64,000 bases of DNA from Nemertoderma westbladi (taxonomy: Eukaryota; Animalia; Xenacoelomorpha), in contig JAUCBJ010008054.1 of the NCBI GenBank assembly GCA_032718475.1, positions 1,331 through 65,330 of the forward strand. Direction: 5' to 3'. Positions 13,652 through 24,998 of the stretch are shown here, in pieces. The notes beneath the pieces were generated by a model. It saw nothing but the letters and a program-made list of their open reading frames with translations, searched no databases and was not told where the DNA came from. The translations under genes and the position numbers were made by a program. Within the stretch, counting starts at the first letter, position 1. Every line of letters starts with the position of its first letter.

Positions 13652-14070
13652 GTCTCTAAAGAGTCAAAATATAAATTAATAAAACCTCTCTGAAACAATA
13701 AAAATACCTACAAAAAAATACTGCAGAAATAAATATTAGTTACTGCAGTAACATATAATAATTACTGCAGTAACAAATATTTATTACTGCAGTAATAAAT
13801 ATTTATTACTGTAGCAACAAATATTTAGTACTGCAGTAACAAATATTTATTACTGCAGTAATCAATATTAATAAATTAATAAATAATTGAATAAAAATTC
13901 CTACTGCGGTAACACATTATTTGTTACTGCAGAAAAAGAAAATTTATTATTACTGCAGTAAAAACTAATTCTTACTTTCAGTGACAAATATTTATTACTG
14001 CAGTATTTTTTGGAGGCATATTTATTGTTATATAGAGGTTTTTATTACTTATATTTTACCCTTTAGTAGT
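13652..14070. mobile_element. Palindromic MITE with an internal ~22-bp TTACTGCAGTAA repeat
   Basis: CTAAAGAGTCAAAATATAA..AATAAAACCTCT is inverted relative to AGAGGTTTTTATT..TATATTTTACCCTTTAG. Confidence 0.6.
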
Positions 14071-14479
14071 CAAAGTCAATATACCCCATACCATTGGCAG
14101 TTTCAGGCAGGACTGTATGAAATGACTGACAGTACTACTTTGAAATCTTTGAGGACACTTTGTCATTTTCTTGGACCACTTTTAGAACTTTGAGACACTT
14201 TTAGTTCTTTGAGAAAATCTCAAAGAACAGATGCACTTTGAGACCCCGACTGTATATATACTTGCATGCAAAAATACAGAATGCCAACATCAACTGTAAT
14301 GTGTAGGTAAAAAAACGCAAGTGTGATTATCTCAGAATTACAGTTTTGTCACATAGGACCTTTTTATGCTCAGCCCATAAATTTTTTTTAAATTTTCATC
14401 AATTTTGGTGTGACTTTAATTGGTAGCCTTTCGTATTGTGTCACGTACAATGAACGAACACATCTCCAATCAGACTATA

Positions 14480-14730
14480 CAACATTGGTGGTATTTCATT
14501 AGTCTCCCCTAGCTTGACATTTGAACGGAACCGCCGCCGCTTGGCAGGACATTGCTTACGCCGTGAGGACCAGCCAGTGCATAATCTTGTACTTTGGCGG
14601 CCTCATGGAGAGAATAAACATGGTGGGTGGACAGCCCATGACTTTCTTGAGACGCATCTCCAAAGACACTGGGCTTGAAGATGCGGATGATCTAGCAACT
14701 GTCATGGGTGATAGACGAAAGTCAATAGGA
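14480..14730 (+). mobile_element. 3' end of a non-LTR retrotransposon (RTE-like); second copy at about 21340-21510
   Basis: Translates as GHCLRREDQPVHNLVLWRPHG...SKDTGLEDADDLATVMGDR, typical of a LINE ORF2 C-terminus; clear nucleotide similarity to 21375-21500. Confidence 0.6.
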
Positions 14731-15166
14731 CAGGTTACAGTTAAATTTTGAGAGTATTCAGCTGTTCTTTGCGTCGATTTTCCCCTGGAGAAGGATGAAT
14801 TTTTAATTGTGCGTCAAAAGTCCCCCCACACCACCCCATATCTGTTACGTCACTATTCCCCCCTGAATCTCACTGGAAATATTAAATATTAATATAAGTA
14901 CGTGGTAAGATCTTCTTAAATAATTATAATTATAAATAGCTAATATATTCCAAGATACTAGTTATAGGTCGTATAAAAATAATATAAACTAAAGTAACTC
15001 AAAAAAGTTCTGAATTCCATAAAACTATACTTGAGGACAATTTACATAATCGCCCTATACATAATTCAATCCAAATAGATCGTTTTCATAAGTTTATTAT
15101 CTACACGGGACATGGCCGTAACCGTAAACATAAGAAATCAACGATGGGAGTTTCCGCACAAAACGT

Positions 15167-16018
15167 TCAATTATTTCTCAACCCGAACTCGGTGACTTTC
15201 CTCTGAGCATACTGCATCACGACCATGGAGCAGCCGTTGGATACAAAGCTCCGTATAGTACCCGGCCATATCCCTCGATACAGACCCTTAAGACCGCCCC
15301 TCTCCCGTACCGTTACCCCTAACCTAGTCCACAACGAGCACTGAGTCCCGTAGCCCCCCTGTACCTGAGACTTCATGTTCTCTAACGGCCAGACCAGCCA
15401 CCAACCCAGAGTGGCGGCTACCCCGGAAATAATAAACGGCCCGAGAATCGGCCTTTCGAACGCGCTCGGAAGGTTCCGTCGACACGAGTCAATCATAATA
15501 AAATATGACGTCATTAATCCCATCGTACGTAACCAGGTTACGGAGAACCCGGTGTAGACGGCGCCCACGGTCCACGACTGCCCAGTCTGTCGTCGCACTT
15601 TAATCAACTCCAACGGGCTTTCTATAAGAGCCCGGGCCGATGAACCGGCCATCCCGGCCACGAGGACGCGCCACTGCAGGCCGAATGTGCCGGGGATCTC
15701 GGCCTTTAGGGCCGGCGTGTCGAGGTACGTGTATACGGCCTCGAATACGGCGAACTGGGTGGATCTGTAGACCCCAGAGCCGCACAACGGGGGTATACAA
15801 CCCCGGTAGAATCCTCGCAAACCTTCGCGCGCGTAGACGCCCCCTATCGTACGGAGCATTCCTCCCGACTCTGCGTAACCGCGTTGCGCTTGCATCTTCG
15901 TCTTTACCGTGTCCCACGGGTGACCCACAGCCACACTCGTCGTACCATAGAGAACGCCCACGCACAGACCTATGGCGCCCTCTTTTAGCCAATTAGATCT
16001 ATTTTCGTTGTGCGTCAT
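15167..16018 (-). CDS. Mitochondrial carrier family (SLC25) protein, intronless, 283 aa
   Basis: Three Px(D/E)xxK signatures (PWDTVKTK, PLELIKVR, PLENMKSQ), GLRGFYRG and GLKGLYRG motifs; intact ORF; substrate subfamily uncertain. Confidence 0.95.
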   Translation of the reverse strand: MTHNENRSNWLKEGAIGLCVGVLYGTTSVAVGHPWDTVKTKMQAQRGYAESGGMLRTIGGVYAREGLRGFYRGCIPPLCGSGVYRSTQFAVFEAVYTYLDTPALKAEIPGTFGLQWRVLVAGMAGSSARALIESPLELIKVRRQTGQSWTVGAVYTGFSVTWLRTMGLMTSYFIMIDSCRRNLPSAFERPILGPFIISGVAATLGWWLVWPLENMKSQVQGGYGTQCSLWTRLGVTVRERGGLKGLYRGIWPGTIRSFVSNGCSMVVMQYAQRKVTEFGLRNN

Positions 16019-17799
16019 TGTCTAGTTTCATTTAAGCTTATTTTAGATCCCATTCCCTAAGTTCTCGCCCCTTTTATGTCCTCCTCCAAGGTAAACAAAT
16101 TAAAATTGTAGGCCTAATTAACCAAGTTAAGAAAATGAACTAAAAAATATCAATTTCTTTCTTTAAATGTCATATAAATTCTACATTAAATAATGATCTA
16201 CAACAAAAAAAATTGCAAAATTATGATTTCATAATGAAAAAAACGGGTAGTTTAATAAATTAAACAAAACAACCGCCATCCTTTGAGCTGTACAGTGTGT
16301 CAACAATTAATATAGTACAGCAAACAGCAGCACTAATATAATTGGTCGAAATAAACTGCCACATTCATCAGTTTAGAGTATTGGTTGGTTCTGGTTGACA
16401 AAGTATCATTTAGGGATAAAAACGATCAATATACTGTATGTTATGTTGAGTATACAGCTATGTAAGTAACAGATGTTTTAAAGCATAATAATTAGGCTAA
16501 ATTGCGTGTATTTTACGCAATTAATTTTTGGGGGTTGGGGTTGCCATGATTGTGGAATTATAGTTCAAAAGCACAAAAGGTTTACGGAAAATACAGAATC
16601 TCCAGATAACAACTCAAATAGGCCTACCCGCCTTATTTTATTATTGCTGTAGTAATATGTCGAATTAAAAAGGGTATCCAAACTGTAGGATAGTGATCAC
16701 TATCAGTATCAACTGTATGTACATATAAATGTAAACCTATATAAGTAACAAGGGAGATTATTATTCTAGAACTGAGATGAAAGAACATAGCTACAGTATA
16801 CGAATATCTTATATTCTAATAGTTATATAATTAAAGTAATACATGAAAATATACTCAATGTCACTTCTTTCATTATCATACACAAACAACCGGCCCCCGA
16901 CAACTCGTGTCCCAAATCAGGTCCGTATGACAGATTTTAGACATTTCGTGTCCATCAAATAGAAAACCATAAGTTTATTATTTTGGTTTTGGTGAGGGTT
17001 TGTAAGTTTATGTTTGGTAAAGCCCTCAAATTATTGCCGTCGGCCGAAAGGGCCGTGAACGGCAGTTAATTCAGCGAAATTAAACTACCGAGATTTACGT
17101 AGGGTTAGGATTCCGTGATAATTTTAATTCGCGTTTAGGCCTGCGCAAAAAATTCTGGGAGTTGTATGGCAGTATGGACACGGGTTGCATCCGCACAGGA
17201 ATTCCCCCCTGTCGTTGTTTGGACAAGGGGTTGCGTTCACAAACGATATAGTTAGGTCCCTTTTCAAAATCAAGGTGTATGTGGTAGAAGTACGTTGCGT
17301 CCACACACGATTTGTCAGAACTCGTATTATTGGTATGGACTGGACACGCGGTTGTATTGGTTTCATCCTGGGGGTGTCCATTTTCGGACTCGAATTATTT
17401 GGATACGGGTTGCGTCTTGCATCCATACTCGATGAGTTGTCGTGTTGAAAACATAACATATCCTTTGTCTTTGTCTTTGTTTATTATTATCATTATTATG
17501 TACCGCGTACCGGTACCGTACTGCCGTAGTGTATTAATAACGGTAGTATGATTATCTGATTCTTGTGAAGATATTATACACAGTATTATTGAAAAACTGC
17601 AAGCAGAAGTGCCAAGTTACTCAAGGACTAGTCTTTAATACAGTACTAGTCAGTCAGTTTCCTACTGGTACTGAGGTCTGGCAGTGCTGTATGTTATCGT
17701 ATCGTCTGATATTCCGATATTTGTTTGTGACGGTAGCAGTATTCCTGGATTCAGGGATTGGAGGATATGAATCAAAGGTGACGACTAAAAGTCGGCGAA

Positions 17800-19068
17800 A
17801 TGGCTTTCCGCGTGGAGATAATATATTTAATTGGTTTCTTGGATATGTTGGGCGTGGCCTTTGTAATGCCGTTACGCACACCACGCTTAAACTTACTCGG
17901 CGCCAGGCCAGCACTAACCGGCTTGTACACGTCCATCTACGGCGGATTGCAACTGCTAACAGGCCCTTTAATAGGCCACTGGAGCGACGAGTACGGTAGG
18001 AGATATATCCTTCTGCGATGCTGCGCTGTAATATCTATATGTTATCTCCTAGGCGGACTTTGTGCCTCCATCGAGCCTTTCTTTCTATTAGTAGTGCCTT
18101 TAGCCTTCTTCAAACACACTCAATCACTATGCAAGATCTATATAACGGACGCAACGCCGTTCGAAAACCAAGGTCACGTTCACGGCGCTTTCAACGCGAT
18201 CTCTAATGTTGGATTCGTTGCGGGTCCGGTCATAGGCGGATACATTTGGGACAACCCTGATGGATTTCTCATCGTGTCTATTCTAGCTTCGTTATGTTTC
18301 ATCCTATGCTTCCTAATCTCATTGTTTTTTCTCGGTGAGGTCCATCGGCATGCCACACCGAGCGAGCTCAGCCTTGATGCAGATCCAGACTCTCGCCTAG
18401 TCGGGACTACCGGCCCTACCGGTAGTCTCAGCAGTGTCCAACTCGCGGTCGCCCATTCTAGAAGTTTCCTTCACTCTCTGCAACAACTCCAATGGCCACT
18501 CATATGGGATAACTTCCTCACTCGCTTCCTCATAAGTAGCTCAATCATTATTTACCGAACAAACTTTAACAACTTCATGACCGACCAGTTCGACGTTGGG
18601 CCCAAGTTTATCAGCTATATGATAGCTTTCGGCAGCATTGTTGGGGCTATCAGCGGCTTTCTCGTTGGCCACTTGATGCGACTATGCGTGAACCACGATT
18701 TGTTGGAGATTTTCCTAACAACCATCATAGCGGCATCTGTTATCGGGATTACTACCGCCCCCAACGCTACCTGCGTCTTCCTATTAGCAGCCCCGTTATC
18801 TTTCAGTCTCAGCGCCATGCGAGTTCTAACCAATCACATTCTCATAAGACGGGTTGGCGCCCAAAGTCTCGGTACGTTGCTAGGCGCCGCCCTATCAGTG
18901 ACCTCGCTGTCTCGTATTGTGTTCCCTCTTATAGGCGGAGTTGTCTTCGAATACTCCCGGTTCGCCCCTGGTATCATTGGGGGCGGGTTAGCTAGCTCTG
19001 CCCTTGTTATCATGGTGGTTAGGTTATTGGTATTTGGGCAGCGTAGAGTACACGAACATTCCGAATAG
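17800..19068 (+). CDS. MFSD9: Major facilitator superfamily transporter, MFSD9-like, intronless, 422 aa
   Basis: YLIGFLDMLGV, YGGLQL, GHWSDEYGRR (motif A), FKHT, GFVAGPVIGGY closely follow metazoan MFSD9; about 12 hydrophobic segments. Confidence 0.85.
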   Translation: MAFRVEIIYLIGFLDMLGVAFVMPLRTPRLNLLGARPALTGLYTSIYGGLQLLTGPLIGHWSDEYGRRYILLRCCAVISICYLLGGLCASIEPFFLLVVPLAFFKHTQSLCKIYITDATPFENQGHVHGAFNAISNVGFVAGPVIGGYIWDNPDGFLIVSILASLCFILCFLISLFFLGEVHRHATPSELSLDADPDSRLVGTTGPTGSLSSVQLAVAHSRSFLHSLQQLQWPLIWDNFLTRFLISSSIIIYRTNFNNFMTDQFDVGPKFISYMIAFGSIVGAISGFLVGHLMRLCVNHDLLEIFLTTIIAASVIGITTAPNATCVFLLAAPLSFSLSAMRVLTNHILIRRVGAQSLGTLLGAALSVTSLSRIVFPLIGGVVFEYSRFAPGIIGGGLASSALVIMVVRLLVFGQRRVHEHSE

Positions 19069-19932
19069 GGCGTAGAATATGAATTAATATTAAATAATGG
19101 ACGTTATTAGTAATAGATAATAATTATTCTCGATCTCAGGGTTTGGATTCTTTCTAGTCGCAATAATATGTGCTATATTTTATTTTACCTTTTATACATA
19201 TTTAATCCTAATTTATGTATTTGTAACATATTCTATGTGGGTTGTAATTAGTTTTTATTGTCGGTCAGTCTGTTTTTCAAAAACGTTAGACCGACAGGGG
19301 TCTCTAACATTCTCCCACTTTCATGTACGAAATGAAGGGCCCGGGGGGGGGGGGGGTGTTGGCGGAAATTCCATCTCATAGTTACAGTAGTGACATCATA
19401 TTATAACCAAAACAATACAAAAAACGAAAAAACGAAATGAACAAACCCATAATATTACACAAAACAATAAACGAATTAGTATCTGTCGCAAATTCCATCT
19501 TAGCGAGTTACAGTAACATTATATTCTATCGAAAATTATAAACGAGAGTCAAATATCACAGGATGCAGTGATATTTTTGTCCGTAATCGCCTGTTACCGG
19601 TACTTGCTTTGTTTTTCTACTGTAGTTCCCCTCCAATTTTTGTTGACGTCATATGGCGAGCCCCCTTTTTCTATTTAAATAGAGAAAGTAAATGAAACTT
19701 TCAACCTATTCAAAATTTGATATGAACTGCTGTGTTTTCAAAATTGTAACTGTAGAAACGATTGTAGATGGAAAACATCTAATATGAAACATGTTGGTAA
19801 AACATAGTAACATATTTGGTGGAATTTATAAAATTGTATATTAATAGAGAATCACAAAATATAACAAGTATAAAATGGTTGGATTTATTATTAAAAATGC
19901 CATCTTTAGCGTTTGCAGTTGTCTTTACCGTA

Positions 19933-20059
19933 CGCGTATTCCCAATCCTTACACTAGTAGGAACATAACTTGAATTGTAGCCTGGTTAATGAACTATTAT
20001 TGGTTCACGGTCCTTGACATAGGTGACCATTATTACCGTAATGTGTGTGTGTGTGTGTG

Positions 20060-20090
<31 letters not shown>

Positions 20091-22366
20091 CCAGAGCGAT
20101 ATCTCAGTTATTTATTAATCAATCGAAACAAAATTTGGACAAAAGTTAGATATAGGGATGGCGAAGGCTCATACAAAAAATTGGGTGTCGAGATGGTATT
20201 TGTGCGATGTGAGCGCTATATTTGCGTGTTTTCGCATGGTTTAGGAAAAAGCTATCTTGTCATAGGGAACGCAATGAATGATTCTGATATTTGGCATGGA
20301 GGTACCTGAATTATTTGTAAATCGATTAACGGAGGCCGATTTTTAAATTTGGACCTACATTATGACCTAATTGAAGATTTAATTAAGGTAATTAATTAGC
20401 ACTGCTAGTACTGTCTGATTGTCTGCCTGTAGTAGGCATACCGGACCGGTACTACCTGACCACTGTAGGCCTATCTGCCTATCTTCATACTGTCATAGGT
20501 CAGTACAGCAGTAGGTCCTAGCCTAGCCCTAGCAGTAAATATAATATTTCGCCATGTTCGCAGGCGACTTCGCACTGACTACCAGTAGGCCTATGCAGCT
20601 ATGCTATGAGATTAACCGTCCAGTCGTTCAGATGCATATGGTACCGGTACTGGAACGGGTTACGGTTTAATCCTGCATTTGTCAATTACGACAATACCGG
20701 TACGACTTTGAGTACCGCTGTACCGGTACGCGGTAGCCTACCGTTACCGGTTGACCGGTAGGCGTAGGCGGTAGACCTACGGTGCGATGGTAGCCAGCCG
20801 GTAGGTGGTAGGCTTACCGTACCAGTATAAATGTTGGCGGATGGCGGGATGACGTCGTGTGGCGCGTAATTACTTACCGGTTGCCGGTAGACGCCTACCC
20901 AACTCGTAACTGGTGGTCGTGGTCGTGGTGGGATGAGCACAGGAGCATGAGGTCGCCTACGATGGGAACAAGTGAAAAGGAAACATAGGCCTACCCGAAC
21001 GAAAACGTATTATTATTGTACTGATTAAGTAGGAGGACCGTGAACCTTCCAGGCTTGCCAGCTTGTTTGATTGGACGTTGAAATCATGTAAGGAATGGAG
21101 ATAGGGGTCGAACTAGTGTAAGGGTTTTTATACTCAGTTGGAAGGTAGAAAGTGTTCCAAACGCTGTAAGGAATGGAGAAATTGGGTGAATTCATTCAAG
21201 GGTTATTATACCAACAGTATTATAAGAGTAGACTTAGACTAACATGTGATATTATTCTAGGCAGTAGAACATTGTGTAATGGTTTATACAGGGCTGCATG
21301 AGTAAGCTAAAACGATTAGATGAACATTGGCTATACTAGTGCCTCGGGATACATTCCTTTGCATGACATTGTTTTTGCCGTGAGGACCAGTCTGTGCCCA
21401 ATCTTGTGCTTTGGCAGCCCCATGGAGAAAATAACATGATGGACAGACCATGACTTTCTTGAGACGCCTCTTAAAGGACACCGGGCTTGAATATGCGGAT
21501 ATTCTCGCGCGAAATTCATGGGGGATATGGAGTTATGGCGGTGTAACTTTGTTGATAAGCCGGCATAGCATTCTTAATGCACGCTGCATTGGGATTCCCA
21601 ATTGTGGATTGCATGATGGTGACAAAATGTTTTTGTTAAGCTGGCATAGCATCACTATGTGCTGTTTCAATGCAGCAGGCCGATTATAGTAGGAATAGTC
21701 GGTCTGCTATTCGTGTCTATCCAACTGCACTAGCGCGAGGACGAGTAGCTCTTACATTAAACGGATGCGTGCTGTGCTGCTTGCCAACCTGCGGTACTGA
21801 TAAGACTTCACGCGCTAAAAAACGCCCTAGAAACCTGTTGATAAACAAAAATGCAAGTCGAACAAATGCTAAAGGACATTGCAAATATTATTATTATTAT
21901 ATTATTAATATTAATTATTTCATTTGAGCTTTTATGTTTACATATTGTGAAATGCTTTTATGAATTTAAAATGAACGAATTTTAATATTAAATACTACCA
22001 GTAAAACTACTTTATTATTATAATCTATTCGATCGGATAAGTCAAGGAGTAAATGGTGTGTAAAACGATTCCTTATACAACATTATTTCCACTCTAGTAT
22101 ACTGCTATTCGTATACATTTTTTACTGTCGCCTGACAATGAACCGTTTAATAGGCAGATAACCCTTACATGATTTCACCCACTTTCTCCATTCCTTACAG
22201 CGTTTGGAACATTTTCTACCAGCCAACTGAGTATAAAACCCTTACACTAGTTCGACTCCTCTTTTCCTTACATGATTTCAACGTCCAATCAAATAATAGT
22301 TAATTAACCAATCCAATGTGTTCATGCAAGAGGTGTTCCTAGTAGTGTAAGGATTGGGAATACGCT
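19933..22366. mobile_element. Non-autonomous DNA transposon with ~200-300-bp TIRs and probable TA TSD
   Basis: GCGTATTCCCAATCCTTACACTA ... TAGTGTAAGGATTGGGAATACGC; 21068-21210 is inverted relative to 22159-22295; the left TIR is split by a HINE. Confidence 0.8.
20000..21067 (+). mobile_element. HINE/DINE-1-like non-autonomous Helentron element
   Basis: 13-bp subterminal inverted repeat GGTTCACGGTCCT (20002) / AGGACCGTGAACC (21034), (GT)n microsatellite, 3' hairpin CAGGCTTGCCAGCTTG, inserted at a TT site with no evident TSD. Confidence 0.75.
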
Positions 22367-22831
22367 TACCGGTACACAGGCACAGTCTTCTAGATGGTGT
22401 TGCTAGTACTGTACATTTGTATTTCATTCATTAATAACAGGGTTTCTTGTCGAGGTTGCCACTACTGTTACCGTAGAACCGAAGAGTAGACATAATTTCA
22501 CTTCCAGGTTCAGTTTATTTGCAAGTTGCAACGTTACACGTCTACATCCTGTAAAGTCTACGTTATTATTGTTATTAAATTAGAATGCACAAGTGATTGC
22601 AACGTGATATTATTTTCTCTAGAAGGATAATATGGCTACAACTCGACTACAACTACATAACAACTCGAATAAATTAAATTTCGTTCCTTAAATATCGTGA
22701 TAGTTCGCACTAAGAAACATCCCTCGCATAACGAAACGGTTTTCTTTTGGGGGTTTACGCGTTTTGAGCGAAACATACAGTCTACACGCCCGAATCCGGG
22801 CGTGAATTAATTATGTACAGTATATGCAGTA

Positions 22832-23194
22832 GGGGGCCGTCCAAGTATGACGTCTGCACTTTTCCCAAAAATGTTGACCCCCTCCCTCCTCTAAATCAGA
22901 TGTCATCCGATAGGCGTTGACCCACCCCCCCCCCCCCCCCTCCCCTAAATCAGATTAAAATAATTTTCGCGTCCTAATCACTGAAACATGGTAACTGAAA
23001 CAGAAGGTCGTGCTACGGGCCTTCGAACAATTAAAATAGGCAAGCTATTTACTCTTCTGCTATATCTCTTCTAGCACCTATAAATGAACATGGTGACGTC
23101 AGATTTTGGCTGACCCCCTCCCCTCATCAGCACGTCATCAGATTTTCCCAACCCCCCCCCCCCCCCTAAAGTGCTGACGTCATACTTGGACGGC
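22832..23194. mobile_element. Harbinger/PIF-like MITE
   Basis: TIR GCCGTCCAAGTATGACGTC / GACGTCATACTTGGACGGC; poly-C subterminal tracts. Confidence 0.75.
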
Positions 23195-23410
23195 TTTTGA
23201 TTGATTGATTGATTGATGTGAGCCTGTAAGGGCTCTTATATTTTGTTCCAGAATGACCGCACACAATTTACAGACAATATTTAAATAAACAGTAGTTCAC
23301 AAAACAAATTAAAATATAATTCACCTTGAGAGCATTTCAAATTTGTTTGTATGTTCTGCAATTTTTTTGTGTGCTATTATGTTTAAGTGCCCTGGCAGGA
23401 ACTGACAGTA
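23195..23410 (-). mobile_element. LINE (CR1/L2-like) 3' tail inserted at the MITE end
   Basis: On the minus strand, stem-loop GAGCCCTTACAGGCTC followed by a (TCAA)n tail; the MITE terminal CCCCT appears to resume at about 23412. Confidence 0.5.
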
Positions 23411-24447
23411 GCCCCTAGTACGTTGTAAATATAAGATAATATTGGTACAATTGAACAAAGAAATACCTTTAGACTACTGTACTACACTGTATTAATTATA
23501 TACTGTAGCATGACGTTTCGTCGAAATTATATCGTTAGCATTTTATCATTAGGTAAGAAGTTATGTTCATGTTAGATAATTCCAATGTGTAGGGTCTATT
23601 GCGTAAACTGTAAAGCTGTGTTTTAAACTATTAAGTAATATCGCGACACATGTACTGTACCGTTAGTAGTAGGCCTATAGGCTACAGTAATATAATTCTA
23701 CAGGTAACCAATTACACATAATGAAAACATTTTGGAAGTGAGGCCTTCGCGCAGCACGAGAACATGAGAACATTTAGCCGATTAATCTATTAGGTATGCG
23801 AAATCGGTAAAAGTAATTCTCATCATATTAACTTTCCACAATAATTCACTTAGTAACATAGCAAATACAGTACTGTAAAAAAAAAAAAAAGCAAATCATT
23901 CGATCAATCAAAACCAATCCTCATGTCCGACGCTAATAACAGTTGCGATTAAGTAACCAATAAACTGTATTCCGTACTACAGTAAAACCGGTTCACTTTT
24001 GTTTGGTGTTTTGGTTGGAATAGCATTTTTAGCAACCAGCTCCCATACTTGTTTACCTAAAGTTAATAATTAACAATGATGGTTCGCCATTCGTTTTATT
24101 GTGGCAATAGTTAAGAATAACTGTCAGTGTCGTTTTTGTGGTGCGTCAATAAGTGATAAGTTTCACATCTTTGAGGAATGTAAAATGGTGCAATGGTGTT
24201 AGTGATGGTAATAATTTAATCCTCCTTAAAAACATTTATATAGCCCTGTGCATCTCCAATGCGTATTTAGTTAGCTTGGTAAATAATATCGAATTAACCT
24301 AATTACCAATCAGCCAATTACAACTAATAACCAATGTTGGTTTTCGTCACTATAGTATATTATTATTATTATTATTTATTAATCTGACAATACCAGACTG
24401 CCAGAATACAGCAATAGCCAATAACTCGTACTGTCTGAGAGTACCGG

Positions 24448-24922
24448 TGTAACAGCGGATTCTGTCCCCCCGCGGATATGGTCCGGGGGGACCGAATCCG
24501 CTAGCGGATTGAGTCCGGGGGGACCGAATCCGCTAGCGGATTCTGTCCCCCCTCCGCAGATTGAGTCCCCCCCCCCCCTTAAATTATAATTTTACAGTAC
24601 AGTCAGACAGTGCTGAGTGCAGCAGTACTGGTACTGACATAGCAGCGTAGCTTATGCATTAAATTATAGACTGATTAAAACTGCAGTAGCTACCACTACT
24701 GCTACTGATATAGTCGCATCAGTACAGTAGGCTATTATGGCCAACTTCGATGAGACGCAGCTTTATCAAGCCGTCTATAAGTATATTTCGGGAGATGACA
24801 CATATCCAGTCAATTCAACAAAGTTGCAGAAGAAAACTATACTCAGGAAAGCGTCTAATTTCAACATTATAGATTCATTATGGATGAGCGATGATTACAT
24901 GATGAGGAGGAAGATATTGTAA
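24448..24922 (+). mobile_element. 5' end of a Ginger DNA transposon with the transposase N-terminus
   Basis: CCGG|TGTAA terminus (Ginger1-type target and TIR start), GC-rich internal repeats (GCGGATT..GTCC), ORF 24737 with YKYISGDDTYP..KLQKKTILRKASNF resembling the N-terminus of GIN/Ginger integrases. Confidence 0.7.
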
Positions 24923-24998
24923 TTAAACAAAGAACATCAAAACAGTTAAACAGTAAAACATTTACATGACCAGTTACAATAGACAAGTAACATAAAGT

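Noticed and set aside
15167-19068. Bacterial horizontal transfer as the origin of the intronless transporters
   Set aside because: SLC25 carriers are eukaryotic and the MFS protein follows metazoan MFSD9 motifs
23505-23555. Hammerhead-ribozyme-like core on the minus strand (CTAATGA...CGAAACGTC)
   Set aside because: Core deviates from CUGAUGA and stem II cannot pair
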